Source: Parasynechococcus marenigrum WH 8102 (GTDB taxonomy: Bacteria; Cyanobacteriota; Cyanobacteriia; PCC-6307; Cyanobiaceae). From it: a stretch of DNA of 32,000 nt. The stretch is from the NCBI RefSeq assembly GCF_000195975.1, contig NC_005070.1, positions 2,130,001-2,162,000 of the forward strand, written 5' to 3'. Both the position numbers and the translations under genes were made by a program. The notes under the pieces are model-generated. The model ran no database searches and was not told where the DNA came from. It was given only the letters and a program-made list of their open reading frames with translations. Of this stretch, positions 1 to 8,969 are shown one piece after another. Numbering within the stretch: position 1 is the stretch's first letter; every line of letters starts with the position of its first letter.

Positions 1-1
1 C

Positions 2-1051
2 ATTCCCCTGATTCGGGAGGACACCGGCGTTGTGCTGATGGGAGTTGGGATCTGGCTGGGTCTGCGCCGTAAGGGGCGCTGGCCGATGGCCGTGACATTG
101 ATCCTGTTCGGTGGCGGATGGGTGGCCCTGTCCACCAACGTTCTGATGCCGTTGTTCAGCGCAGACAACGCCCAACGGTTCATGGTGGAGAACTTCGGGC
201 AATACCTGGAAGGCCGCGACCAGGCCAGCAGCCTGGAGGTGCTTGGGCTGGTGCTGCGCCAGCCCCTGGTTCTGCTGCGCGAACTGGTGTCGCCACCGGG
301 CAACACCATCACCTACCTACTGGCCCAGGGCTTACCGCTGATCCTGGTGCCCTTCATCTCGATCGACAGCTGGCTGCTGATGGGGCTGCCACTGCTGGGG
401 TTGCTACTGGCCCAGGGCTTCAACAATCCGCTGTCCATCAGCATCCGTTACACCTATCTAGTGGTGCCGGGGCTGTTCGCTGGAGCCGTGCTCTGGTGGC
501 GCAGCCGTCAGGTGCTGTTCGAATCTCGCCGCCTGCGCCGGATCTGGGCTGGCGCCATCGCCCTGTCCTGTTTGTTCACCGTGACGGCCAATCCAAACCA
601 GAGCTTGTCCTGGATGATTCCAGACAGCATCCAACCTTGGATCTACCGGGATCCCGTGGCCCAGTTCCGCCATGGCCAGCGGGCCCTTGCTTTGATCCAG
701 ACCATTCCAGATAACAGCAGCGTTGCGGCCACCACGGGCCTGATCCCCCACCTGGCCAATCGTGAAGTATTGATCCGCTTTCCTTACAACGACCGTTATC
801 AGAATCAGGACGGCCAACCCGTTCCGGTGGAATGGGTTGCGGCCGATCTCCACAACCAACGCCTGTTTCAGACGTTTCGAAAACAGCGCAAAGGTCTGAA
901 ACGCAATCTTCGACAGATCAATAAGTTGTCGGATCAGGGGTATGGCGTTGTTGCCTTCGACGATGACGTCGTCCTGCTGCAACGACAGGCCCAAATCAAT
1001 GCAGGGGCACAACTGGCGTTCAATGCACTCTCTGAATCTTTGAATTTCTGA
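2..1051 (+). CDS. polytopic integral membrane protein, 5'-partial (frame open to the window edge)
   Basis: The frame of track ORF 32..1051 has no stop back to position 2. The protein is very hydrophobic and Leu/Gly-rich with several predicted TM stretches and a hydrophilic C-terminal part. No family recognised with certainty. Confidence 0.6.
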   Translation: MPLIREDTGVVLMGVGIWLGLRRKGRWPMAVTLILFGGGWVALSTNVLMPLFSADNAQRFMVENFGQYLEGRDQASSLEVLGLVLRQPLVLLRELVSPPGNTITYLLAQGLPLILVPFISIDSWLLMGLPLLGLLLAQGFNNPLSISIRYTYLVVPGLFAGAVLWWRSRQVLFESRRLRRIWAGAIALSCLFTVTANPNQSLSWMIPDSIQPWIYRDPVAQFRHGQRALALIQTIPDNSSVAATTGLIPHLANREVLIRFPYNDRYQNQDGQPVPVEWVAADLHNQRLFQTFRKQRKGLKRNLRQINKLSDQGYGVVAFDDDVVLLQRQAQINAGAQLAFNALSESLNF

Positions 1052-1065
1052 ACTGCGTCATTACA

Positions 1066-1091
1066 TAAAAAAGCCTCCCTTTCGGGAGGCT
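1066..1091 (-). terminator. intrinsic terminator of psbD, lying between convergent genes
   Basis: Stem AGCCTCCC / GGGAGGCT with loop TTTC. On the minus strand it is followed by a T-run (plus-strand AAAAAA at 1066-1071). It sits 20 nt downstream of the psbD stop. Confidence 0.8.
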
Positions 1092-1111
1092 GGTAACTAT
1101 GGTCTTTGAAA

Positions 1112-2167
1112 TCAGAGGGCGTTGCCGCGGGGCAGAACCTCTTCAGGGAAGACGAAGTTTTCGTGCGGCTGGTCAGCCGGTGCCATCCAGGCACGCAGAC
1201 CTTCATTCAGAAGGATGTTCTTGGTGTAGAAGGTCTCGAATTCGGGATCTTCTGCAGCGCGGATTTCCTGCGACACGAAGTCGTAGGCGCGCAGGTTGAG
1301 GGCCAAGCCGATGATGCCAATGGAGCTGGTCCACAGACCCATCACAGGCACGAACAGCATGAAGAAGTGCAGCCAGCGCTTGTTGGAGAAGGCGATCCCG
1401 AAGATCTGACTCCAGAAGCGGTTGGCGGTGACCATGGAATAGGTCTCTTCTTCCTGAGTGGGCTCAAACGCCTTGAAGGTGTTGGCCTGCTCACCGTCCT
1501 CAAACAAGGTGTTTTCCACGGTGGCGCCGTGAATGGCGCAGAGCAGTGCACCGCCGAGGATGCCGGCGACGCCCATCATGTGGAATGGGTTCAGGGTCCA
1601 GTTGTGGAAGCCCTGGAGGAAGAGGAGGAAGCGGAAGATCGCAGCCACACCGAAGGAGGGCGCGAAGAACCAGCTGCTCTGGCCGAGGGGGTACATCAGG
1701 AAGACGCTGACGAACACCGCGATCGGACCGGAGAAGGCGATGGCGTTGTACGGGCGGATGCCGACCAGACGAGCGATTTCGAACTGACGCAGCATGAAGC
1801 CGATCAGTGCGAAGGCGCCGTGCAGGGCCACGAAGGCCCAGAGGCCGCCGAGCTGGCACCAGCGAACGAAGTCGCCCTGGGCTTCAGGGCCCCAGAGCAG
1901 CAGCAGGCTGTGACCCATCGCATCAGCGGGGGTGGAGACAGCAGCGGTGAGGAAGTTGCAACCTTCCAGGTACGAGGAGGCAATGCCGTGTGTGTACCAA
2001 GAGGTGACAAAGGTGGTGCCTGTGAGCCAGCCACCGATGGCCAGGTAGGCCGTGGGGAAAAGGAGGATGCCGGACCAGCCGACAAAAACGAAGCGGTCGC
2101 GCTTGAGCCAGTCATCGAGGATGTCGAACCATCCCCGCTGAGGCGCGCGTCCTACAGCGATCGTCAT
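1112..2167 (-). CDS. psbD: photosystem II D2 reaction-centre protein
   Basis: 351 aa. N-terminus [33 protein letters not shown] and C-terminus ...[11 protein letters not shown] are the canonical D2 sequence. Confidence 0.98.
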   Translation of the reverse strand: MTIAVGRAPQRGWFDILDDWLKRDRFVFVGWSGILLFPTAYLAIGGWLTGTTFVTSWYTHGIASSYLEGCNFLTAAVSTPADAMGHSLLLLWGPEAQGDFVRWCQLGGLWAFVALHGAFALIGFMLRQFEIARLVGIRPYNAIAFSGPIAVFVSVFLMYPLGQSSWFFAPSFGVAAIFRFLLFLQGFHNWTLNPFHMMGVAGILGGALLCAIHGATVENTLFEDGEQANTFKAFEPTQEEETYSMVTANRFWSQIFGIAFSNKRWLHFFMLFVPVMGLWTSSIGIIGLALNLRAYDFVSQEIRAAEDPEFETFYTKNILLNEGLRAWMAPADQPHENFVFPEEVLPRGNAL

Positions 2168-2331
2168 GAGAAAGGCGCTTCATGAAGCGTTACACGACAA
2201 CCCTAGGTGTTGTTTTCCGTCCTGGAGCAAGAAATCCGTACCAGGGCGAAACGATGAGTAGAAATGCCCAGGCGTGAACAGTCAGGCGCGCTGCTGCTCC
2301 GCGAGAATGAGTTCCTTGAGACATCAATGCC

Positions 2332-2595
2332 GTGTACGTCATCGAACTTGCCCTGCGCATGAGCCCCGTCCCGGTGTCCGTACAGCGCAAGGAGGCCGAG
2401 GCCGCTGAAGCTCTTTACCAACAGATCCGACAAGCCCTGGAGAGCGGTCAACCCCGCCTGCTGGAGCTCACCTGCGAGAAAGTTGAAGGCAAGAAAGTCA
2501 CCCTGCTGATCAGTGAGGTTCTCGCCGTTCAGCTTTATGAGAAGACTGCTGCGACGGGCGGCAGCAAGCGCCCCGGCTTCTCCTTTGACTCCTGA
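2332..2595 (+). CDS. small conserved hypothetical protein
   Basis: 87-aa ORF with a GTG start, host-like GC and plausible composition. It is immediately upstream of, and overlaps, the ABC ATPase gene. Family not recognised. Confidence 0.55.
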
Positions 2596-3274
2596 GACCG
2601 CGACCGCTGAGCTTCGGATCACAGGCCTGAGCCATAGGTGGGCCAATGGTCAGACTGTTCTTGACGATTGCAATCTCGTCATCCCGAAGCCTGGTCTCTG
2701 GATGCTGGTTGGCTGCAACGGCAGTGGCAAAAGCACCCTGTTTCGCCTGATCGCAGGGCTGATCGAACCGCAATCCGGATCGATCAGCACCGACCATCAA
2801 TCGGCTCTGGTATTTCAGAACCCGGATCATCAACTGCTCCTGCCGAGCTGCAGCAGCGATCTGTTGCTGGGCATGGATCAAGGCCTCGGCAACAGCGAAC
2901 GCCGCGAACGCATCCGACTGCGGCTGGAGGAACTAGGACTGGCAGGCCTGGAGCGCCGACCGATCCATGCCCTCAGTGGTGGCCAGAAACAGAGACTGGC
3001 CATTGCCGGAGCCCTGGCCAGCGAGGCGAGCCTGCTGTTGCTGGATGAACCGACGGCTTTGCTCGATCCAGACAGTCAGTCCAGCGTGCTCGCCGCCGTT
3101 CAGGAGCTCTGCCGACGACCAGAAGCCCCCCTCACAGCGCTGTGGATCACCCACCGGCTTGAGGAACTGACCTGTGCCGATGGCGCAGCGGAGATGCGTG
3201 CGGGGCGTATTGGTCCGTGGATGTCAGGAATAAAACTGCAACGACGCTTGCAGCACGGGAGCTCTGACAGGTAA
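2585..3274 (+). CDS. ABC transporter ATP-binding protein (CbiO/EcfA-like)
   Basis: Walker [10 protein letters not shown], signature [12 protein letters not shown] and Walker B LLLLDEP. The start is uncertain: TTG 2585 gives a normal N-terminal length, and ATG 2537 or GTG 2513 are also in frame. Confidence 0.85.
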
Positions 3275-3290
3275 GTTCTTCGGGAGTCAC

Positions 3291-3362
3291 TCCTCGGTAG
3301 CTCAGCGGTAGAGCGGTCGACTGTTAATCGATTGGTCGCAGGTTCGAATCCCGCCCGGGGAG
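3291..3362 (+). tRNA. tRNA-Asn (anticodon GUU)
   Basis: Cloverleaf folded by hand. Acceptor stem TCCTCGG/CCGGGGA, D-arm GCTCAGCGGTAGAGC, anticodon loop CTGTTAA, T-loop TTCGAAT. There is one A-C mismatch in the T stem and no encoded CCA. Confidence 0.9.
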
Positions 3363-3366
3363 CTTG

Positions 3367-3395
3367 AAAGCCACAGCGTTTGCTGTGGCTTTTTT
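3367..3395 (+). terminator. intrinsic terminator after tRNA-Asn
   Basis: 11-bp stem AAAGCCACAGC / GCTGTGGCTTT, loop GTTT, followed by a T-run. Confidence 0.85.
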
Positions 3396-3641
3396 ATCGA
3401 CAAAAAAGGAATTTTCATGACAACCGATTGCCCGAAGCGGAAGACTTCCTGAACAGCCGCCTCGGCTCAGCCAATCACCATGGCGCAAGATCGCCTGCAG
3501 TGCAGTGGATCTCAGGGATCAACCTGAAATTCCTCTCACAACGCAAAATCTGCACTCACCCGAAAAGCTTGAGAGAATCCGTTCAGCGTCGCTCCAGAAG
3601 ACCAGCGCTCCGTTTTCTTTTCTTGTTCCGCCCCTAGATCG

Positions 3642-4430
3642 ATGAAGCCTTGCATCCTGTTGATCGAAGACGACCAGGACATGCGCGACCTGGTGAGCGG
3701 CCATTTGGAGCACAGTGGCTTTGACGTTCAACGGGCCGATGACGGCATCAAGGGCCAGGCCCTTGCGCTCCAGTACACCCCGGATCTGATCCTGCTGGAC
3801 CTCATGCTGCCCAAAGTCGATGGCCTGACCCTCTGTCAGCGCCTGCGCCGCGATGACCGCACCTCCGGCATCCCGATCCTGATGCTCACGGCCCTCGGCG
3901 GCACCAAGGACAAGGTCAGTGGGTTCAACTCAGGCGCCGACGACTACCTCACCAAGCCCTTTGATCTGGAAGAGCTGCAGGCGCGGGTGAAGGCACTCCT
4001 CCGCCGCAGTGATCGTGCTCCCGTGGGCTCGAGCAACCACAACGAAATCCTCAGTTACGGACCGCTCACCCTTGTTCCTGAGCGGTTTGAAGCGATCTGG
4101 TTCGACACCCCGGTGCGACTCACCCACCTGGAATTCGAACTGCTCCACTGCCTGTTGCAACGCCACGGACAGACCGTCGCTCCATCCCTGATTCTCAAAG
4201 AGGTCTGGGGCTACGAACCGGACGACGACATCGAAACCATTCGTGTTCACGTGCGTCATCTGCGCACCAAACTTGAACCTGACCCGCGCAAGCCACGCTT
4301 CATCAAGACCGTGTACGGAGCCGGCTACTGCCTTGAGTTGCCGATCGGTGGCGAGCTGGACGACCTTCAAGATGTTGTTGCCATCGCCCGCAATGAGCGC
4401 AATCAAGACAGTGAACGGGCCAGCGCCTGA
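3642..4430 (+). CDS. rpaA: OmpR-family response regulator, RpaA-like
   Basis: Receiver domain ([11 protein letters not shown]..., [22 protein letters not shown]) plus a winged-helix C-terminus. GIKGQALA and the overall sequence match my memory of cyanobacterial RpaA. Confidence 0.8.
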   Translation: MKPCILLIEDDQDMRDLVSGHLEHSGFDVQRADDGIKGQALALQYTPDLILLDLMLPKVDGLTLCQRLRRDDRTSGIPILMLTALGGTKDKVSGFNSGADDYLTKPFDLEELQARVKALLRRSDRAPVGSSNHNEILSYGPLTLVPERFEAIWFDTPVRLTHLEFELLHCLLQRHGQTVAPSLILKEVWGYEPDDDIETIRVHVRHLRTKLEPDPRKPRFIKTVYGAGYCLELPIGGELDDLQDVVAIARNERNQDSERASA

Positions 4431-4433
4431 GCC

Positions 4434-5378
4434 TTACTTACCGGTTGTCAGCTCCAGCAACGCCACCTCCCAGGCGAGGCGTGGCTGAACGAAAGACAGC
4501 AATTGGCGCCGCAGTGTTTCCAGGCGTTGCAACGGTCGATCACCGGCACCACGGGCCCACAGCTGCTGCTGCCACCAGTTGATTAACCACAGCTGTTGCT
4601 CACCATCGAGGGCTTCACACACATCCCGGGCGAGAGCCAAGGCTTCCATGGGTTGATCCCGCATAGATGCCAATCGCCCCGTGAGCTCCTCGGGCAAGCC
4701 TGCCCGCTGGCGCCGATGCTCCAGCAGAGCACCCGGTGAACCAGCCGCCATGGCCAGCAGCTCCGGCGGATCGTGCTCAGCAACCGCTCCACAACCCTCC
4801 AGCACACGATTCAGATCCGCCTGGGCCAGCCGCAGGAAGCGAATCAGCTGACATCGTGAGCGGATCGTGCTCAGCAACCGCTCCGGCGCAGCCGAAAGCA
4901 GAATCAACAGCCCGTGTCCTGGCTCCTCCAGGGTCTTCAGCAGAGCATTGGCCGCGGCCTCCGGCATCGCCTCCACCGCTTCGATCACCACCATGCCCCG
5001 TTCAGCCTCCACCGGTTGACGGGCCAGGAAGCGGCTGATCGAGCGGACCTGCTCCAGCCGTAGCTGAGGCGGCGTGCGGCGGGTGATCCCGGCCTCCTCG
5101 GCTTCCTCCCGGGTCAGCAGACGACCCTGGTGCTGAAACGTCGGCTCAACCCAGAGCAGGTCGGGATGGTTGCGCTCCTCCAGCCGCCGTCGCTGCCGCT
5201 CCGCTTGTTGCCCCGCCCCCAGCACACCCTCCAGAAATCGCACGGCTGCCAGCCGACGGCCCACACCATCAGGGCCGGCGAACAGATAAGCCGGTGCCAG
5301 GCGCTGCCGGTTCAACGCGGCTTTCAGCAGATCCACCGCCAAGGGTTGACCGATCAGGTCCTCGAAAAGATTGGTCAT
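4434..5378 (-). CDS. holB: DNA polymerase III delta' subunit
   Basis: MTNLFEDLIGQPLAVDLL...AYLFAGPDGVGRR, typical of the clamp-loader delta' subunit. ATG 5378 is chosen because it overlaps the tmk stop as ATGA; the track ORF extends to 5456. Confidence 0.8.
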   Translation of the reverse strand: MTNLFEDLIGQPLAVDLLKAALNRQRLAPAYLFAGPDGVGRRLAAVRFLEGVLGAGQQAERQRRRLEERNHPDLLWVEPTFQHQGRLLTREEAEEAGITRRTPPQLRLEQVRSISRFLARQPVEAERGMVVIEAVEAMPEAAANALLKTLEEPGHGLLILLSAAPERLLSTIRSRCQLIRFLRLAQADLNRVLEGCGAVAEHDPPELLAMAAGSPGALLEHRRQRAGLPEELTGRLASMRDQPMEALALARDVCEALDGEQQLWLINWWQQQLWARGAGDRPLQRLETLRRQLLSFVQPRLAWEVALLELTTGK

Positions 5379-6004
5379 CCCAGGCGGTCCATCAGTTCCC
5401 GTTCCAAGGCGCGGCTCACGGCCTCCGGCGGACGATCCGCCGCAATGGCCGACCACTGCCGCTGCTCGGCAATGGCCGCAAACCCGTCAATGACGCGCTG
5501 CAGAAAGACCTGCCCCTCTGCTTCGATGCGGTCGGCCTGATCACCCTGCCGGCGCCGCAGACTCTCCTCCAGCGGCAGGGTCAACCACAGGGTGAGATCC
5601 GGTTGCACACCCGCGGTGGCGATCCGTTCCAGCTGATCGATGAGCTGGCGATCCAAGCCCCGGCCATAGCCCTGATACGCCATGGTCGAGCCGGAGAATC
5701 GATCGCTGATCACCCAATCGCCCCGTTCCAGGGTTGGGAGGATCAGCCGCTCCACGTGTTGGGCGCGATCCGCTGCGTAGAGCAACAATTCCGCCGTTGG
5801 CGCCGGAGCCTGCTCCGCCCGTGTGTGCAGAAGAAGCTCGCGCACGGAACGGCCCAGCGGCGTCCCCCCCGGTTCCCTGGTGCTGATAAGCTCGGCCCCT
5901 GCCGGCATCAGTCCGCTGCCCGGCAGCCAGCCCAAAAGATGATCGAGCTGCGTTGACTTGCCGCAGCCATCAATCCCGTCGAGAACAATGAAGCGACCGC
6001 TCAT
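5375..6004 (-). CDS. tmk: thymidylate kinase
   Basis: P-loop FIVLDGIDGCGKST, DRF motif region, 209 aa. Confidence 0.9.
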   Translation of the reverse strand: MSGRFIVLDGIDGCGKSTQLDHLLGWLPGSGLMPAGAELISTREPGGTPLGRSVRELLLHTRAEQAPAPTAELLLYAADRAQHVERLILPTLERGDWVISDRFSGSTMAYQGYGRGLDRQLIDQLERIATAGVQPDLTLWLTLPLEESLRRRQGDQADRIEAEGQVFLQRVIDGFAAIAEQRQWSAIAADRPPEAVSRALERELMDRLG

Positions 6005-8316
6005 GCCACCCGCAGCAGCAGGGCATTGAGCACCACCGTGATCGAACTGATGGCCATCAGCAAGGCCGCCAGGGGCGGGGACAGCAGCACCCCCTGACTC
6101 GGCAGCAGGGCACCGGCGGCAAGGGGCAGGGCGATCAGGTTGTAACCGAATGCCCAGAACAGGTTCTGCCGAACCTTGGCCAGGGTGCGGCGGGCTAGGG
6201 TCAACGCTTCCGGCAGGTTGTCCAGACGATCTCCCATCAACACCATGCCGGCGGTGTCCTGGGCGATCTGTGTGCCGGTGCCGATGGCGATGCCCAGATC
6301 AGCCGCGGCCAAAGCCGGCGCATCGTTGATGCCATCTCCCACCATGGCGACCCGCCCCCGTTGGCGCAGCTCCTCCAGACGCTGCAGTTTCTGCTCCGGC
6401 AGCATCTGCCAGCCCAGATCAGCCGCCTCAAAGCCCAGCTGCTGACCCAAGGCACGCACGGCCGGCTCGCGGTCACCGCTGAAGATCGCCAGGGCAAGGC
6501 CCTGCTGACGCAAGCGTTCCAGCGCCGGCACCACATCGGCACGCAGCTGGTCTTCGATCTGAACCAATCCCAGCAACGCACTGCCATGGGCCACCGCCAC
6601 CACGGAGCCATCGGCCTGAGCAAGCCAGGTCCTGGCTTCATCGCTGAGGGCAACGCCGAATGAACCCAGCCAATCGGGACGTCCCACCCGGATCGGTTGA
6701 GGCCAACCCTCCACCTCGCCCACCAGACCCTGCCCGGACACGGTGGTGACCTGCACTGGTTCCAGCAGGGTCAGGTCCCGTCGCTGCGCCTCCTGCAGCA
6801 GGGCATGGGCCAGGGGGTGACGACTGCTCTGCTCGAGGCTTGCGGCCAGCTGCAGCAGCAGAGCCGCGTCCTTGGCCCACACGCTGGTCACCAGCGGGCG
6901 TCCGAGGGTGAGGGTGCCGGTCTTGTCGAACACAACGTGATCGAGGCCGGCGGCGGTTTCGATCACATCGCCGCCGCGGAACAACCAGCCCCGCTGCGCT
7001 GCCAGACCAGTGGCCACGGTGATCACGGTGGGGGTGGCCAGACCAAGGGCACAGGGACAGGCCACCACCAGCACAGCGATCGACAACTGCAACGCCAACC
7101 CGACCGGGGAGGTGGCACCACTGCCGAGGCCGCCGTGATGCATCGCATGGCCACTGGTCATCAGATGCCCCTGGGGCATGCCAGGTGCTGACGCCTGCAT
7201 CACCTGAGGCCATTGAGAAGCGCCGAACAGCCACCAGAACAGGAAGGTGGCCAGGGCAAGAGCGATCACGCCGTAGCAGAAGCGTCCGGCTACGCGATCC
7301 GCCAGCCCCTGAATCGGGGCCCGACGCGCCTGGGCCTGCTCCACCAGGCGTATGATACGCGCCAGCGCCGTTTCCGCTCCAACCCGCGTGACCTCCAGCA
7401 CGAGCGGTGCATCGAGGTTGAGGCTGCCGGCGGACAGCTCAAGTCCGGGTTCTGCCTGCCAGGGCAGCGGTTCACCGGTGAGGCTGGAGGCATCCACCGC
7501 CGAATACCCCTCCACCACAACACCATCCACGGGCACACGGTCCCCCGCCAGCAGCTGCAGCCGCTCCCCGGGGCGCAAGGCCCCGACCCGAACATCCCGG
7601 ATGGCGCCATCCGGCAGTACCAGACGGGCCGTATCGGGTTGCAGCTGGGCCAACTGATGCAGCGCCTGACCGGTGCGGAAGCGGGCCCGTTCCTCCAGGA
7701 AGCGCCCAAGCAACACGAAACCCAGCAGCATCACCGGCTCGTTGAAAAAACAGGGCCAGCCCACCTGGGGCCAGATCAGTGCCACAAGACTGGCCAGATA
7801 GGCGCTGCCGACCCCCAGACCCACCAGGGTGTCCATGCTTGGCGCAGCCGCCCGGGCAGCCGCGAATCCACCCAGCAGAATCGGCCGACCGGGACCCAGC
7901 AAGGCCACGGTGGCCAGCGCGGCATGGAACGGCAGGCTGCCGATCAGGGGCAACGACAGATGGCCGGCCTCGCTGAGGTGACCAAGCACCGACAGCAGCA
8001 GCAGTGTGAGGGCCACCATAAGTTGGCGCCACTGCTGCCACCAGGTCAATCCGGAAGCTCCAGTCGCAAGCCGAGCGGACGATGGCTCCAGGGAGCGTTC
8101 ACGGGCCGGAAATCCACGACTGGCCAAGGCCCCGAGTACGGCGTCGACATCGCCATCGGCTTCGCTGAGATCTAGCCATGCCGCACGGCTCACCAGGTTC
8201 ACATCAGCGCGCTGCACCCCCGGCTGCTCGAGCAAGGTGCGCTCCACGGCTCGTACACAGCCTCCGCATTTCATCCCCTCCACATCGAGGACGACGGTCT
8301 GAACCGCAGGACTCAC
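6001..8316 (-). CDS. copper-translocating P1B-type ATPase (CtaA/PacS family)
   Basis: N-terminal HMA motif [11 protein letters not shown] motif [10 protein letters not shown], phosphorylation site DKTGTLT, hinge GDGINDAP. Confidence 0.93.
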   Translation of the reverse strand: MSPAVQTVVLDVEGMKCGGCVRAVERTLLEQPGVQRADVNLVSRAAWLDLSEADGDVDAVLGALASRGFPARERSLEPSSARLATGASGLTWWQQWRQLMVALTLLLLSVLGHLSEAGHLSLPLIGSLPFHAALATVALLGPGRPILLGGFAAARAAAPSMDTLVGLGVGSAYLASLVALIWPQVGWPCFFNEPVMLLGFVLLGRFLEERARFRTGQALHQLAQLQPDTARLVLPDGAIRDVRVGALRPGERLQLLAGDRVPVDGVVVEGYSAVDASSLTGEPLPWQAEPGLELSAGSLNLDAPLVLEVTRVGAETALARIIRLVEQAQARRAPIQGLADRVAGRFCYGVIALALATFLFWWLFGASQWPQVMQASAPGMPQGHLMTSGHAMHHGGLGSGATSPVGLALQLSIAVLVVACPCALGLATPTVITVATGLAAQRGWLFRGGDVIETAAGLDHVVFDKTGTLTLGRPLVTSVWAKDAALLLQLAASLEQSSRHPLAHALLQEAQRRDLTLLEPVQVTTVSGQGLVGEVEGWPQPIRVGRPDWLGSFGVALSDEARTWLAQADGSVVAVAHGSALLGLVQIEDQLRADVVPALERLRQQGLALAIFSGDREPAVRALGQQLGFEAADLGWQMLPEQKLQRLEELRQRGRVAMVGDGINDAPALAAADLGIAIGTGTQIAQDTAGMVLMGDRLDNLPEALTLARRTLAKVRQNLFWAFGYNLIALPLAAGALLPSQGVLLSPPLAALLMAISSITVVLNALLLRVA

Positions 8317-8390
8317 TGGCGCTTGTTCGTTACGGCAAGGCTAGGTCGGGTGCTGTTCCCGTCAGGATGGGGGCCTTCCGCCGGAGCGCC

Positions 8391-8912
8391 GTGCCCCGCA
8401 GTAATCGCAACGACAACTTCATCGACAAAAGCTTCACGGTGATGGCGGACCTGATCGTCAAGCTGTTGCCGATCAACGCCCGATCCAAGGAGGCATATGT
8501 CTATTACCGCGATGGCCTCTCCGCTCAGAATGATGGCGACTACGCCGAAGCGCTGGAGAACTACGACGAGGCGCTGAAACTCGAGGACAACCCCACCGAC
8601 CGTGGGGAGACCCTCAAGAACATGGCGATCATCTACATGTCCAACGGCGAGGAGGAGCGGGCGATTGAGACGTACCGCAGAGCCCTGGACGAAAACTCCA
8701 ACCAGCCGTCATGCCTCAAGAACATGGGGCTGATCTTTGAGAAATGGGGGCGGATCGCCGAAGAAGACGGCCGCCAGGATGACGCCGATCGCTGGTTTGA
8801 CCAGGCCGCCGAGGCCTGGACCCAGGCGGTGCGCCTCAACCCCGGTGGCTATCTGGACATCGAGAACTGGTTGAAATCCACCGGGCGCAGCAACGTCGAC
8901 GTCTACTTCTGA
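8391..8912 (+). CDS. ycf3: photosystem I assembly protein Ycf3 (TPR)
   Basis: The GTG start gives the canonical 173-aa protein, (V/M)[14 protein letters not shown]...NVDVYF. ATG 8367 is an alternative start. TPR-like repeats are present. Confidence 0.9.
   Translation: MPRSNRNDNFIDKSFTVMADLIVKLLPINARSKEAYVYYRDGLSAQNDGDYAEALENYDEALKLEDNPTDRGETLKNMAIIYMSNGEEERAIETYRRALDENSNQPSCLKNMGLIFEKWGRIAEEDGRQDDADRWFDQAAEAWTQAVRLNPGGYLDIENWLKSTGRSNVDVYF
8899..8911 (+). repeat. left direct repeat (putative attL core) ACGTCTACTTCTG
   Basis: Identical 13-mer at 14861-14873. Overlaps the last codons and the first two bases of the stop codon of ycf3. Confidence 0.85.
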
Positions 8913-8969
8913 CAAATGCACCTCCTAAGAATCCAGTCATAGAGCGGGATTTGACGAGGTGCGCTAAAG

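Noticed and set aside
3291-3362. tRNA-Asn as the island attachment site
   Set aside because: No integrase, composition shift or duplicated tRNA 3' segment was found next to it. The island lies 5.5 kb away with its own repeats.
3380-3637. 85-aa plus-strand ORF between tRNA-Asn and rpaA
   Set aside because: It starts inside the tRNA terminator, has no conserved-looking sequence and is an Arg/Ser-rich translation. The region was treated as non-coding.
8916-8921. ATGCAC hexamers flanking the att core (8916-8921 and 14857-14862), as possible core-type integrase sites
   Set aside because: They are direct, not inverted, and only 6 bp long, which is too short to distinguish from chance without comparative data.
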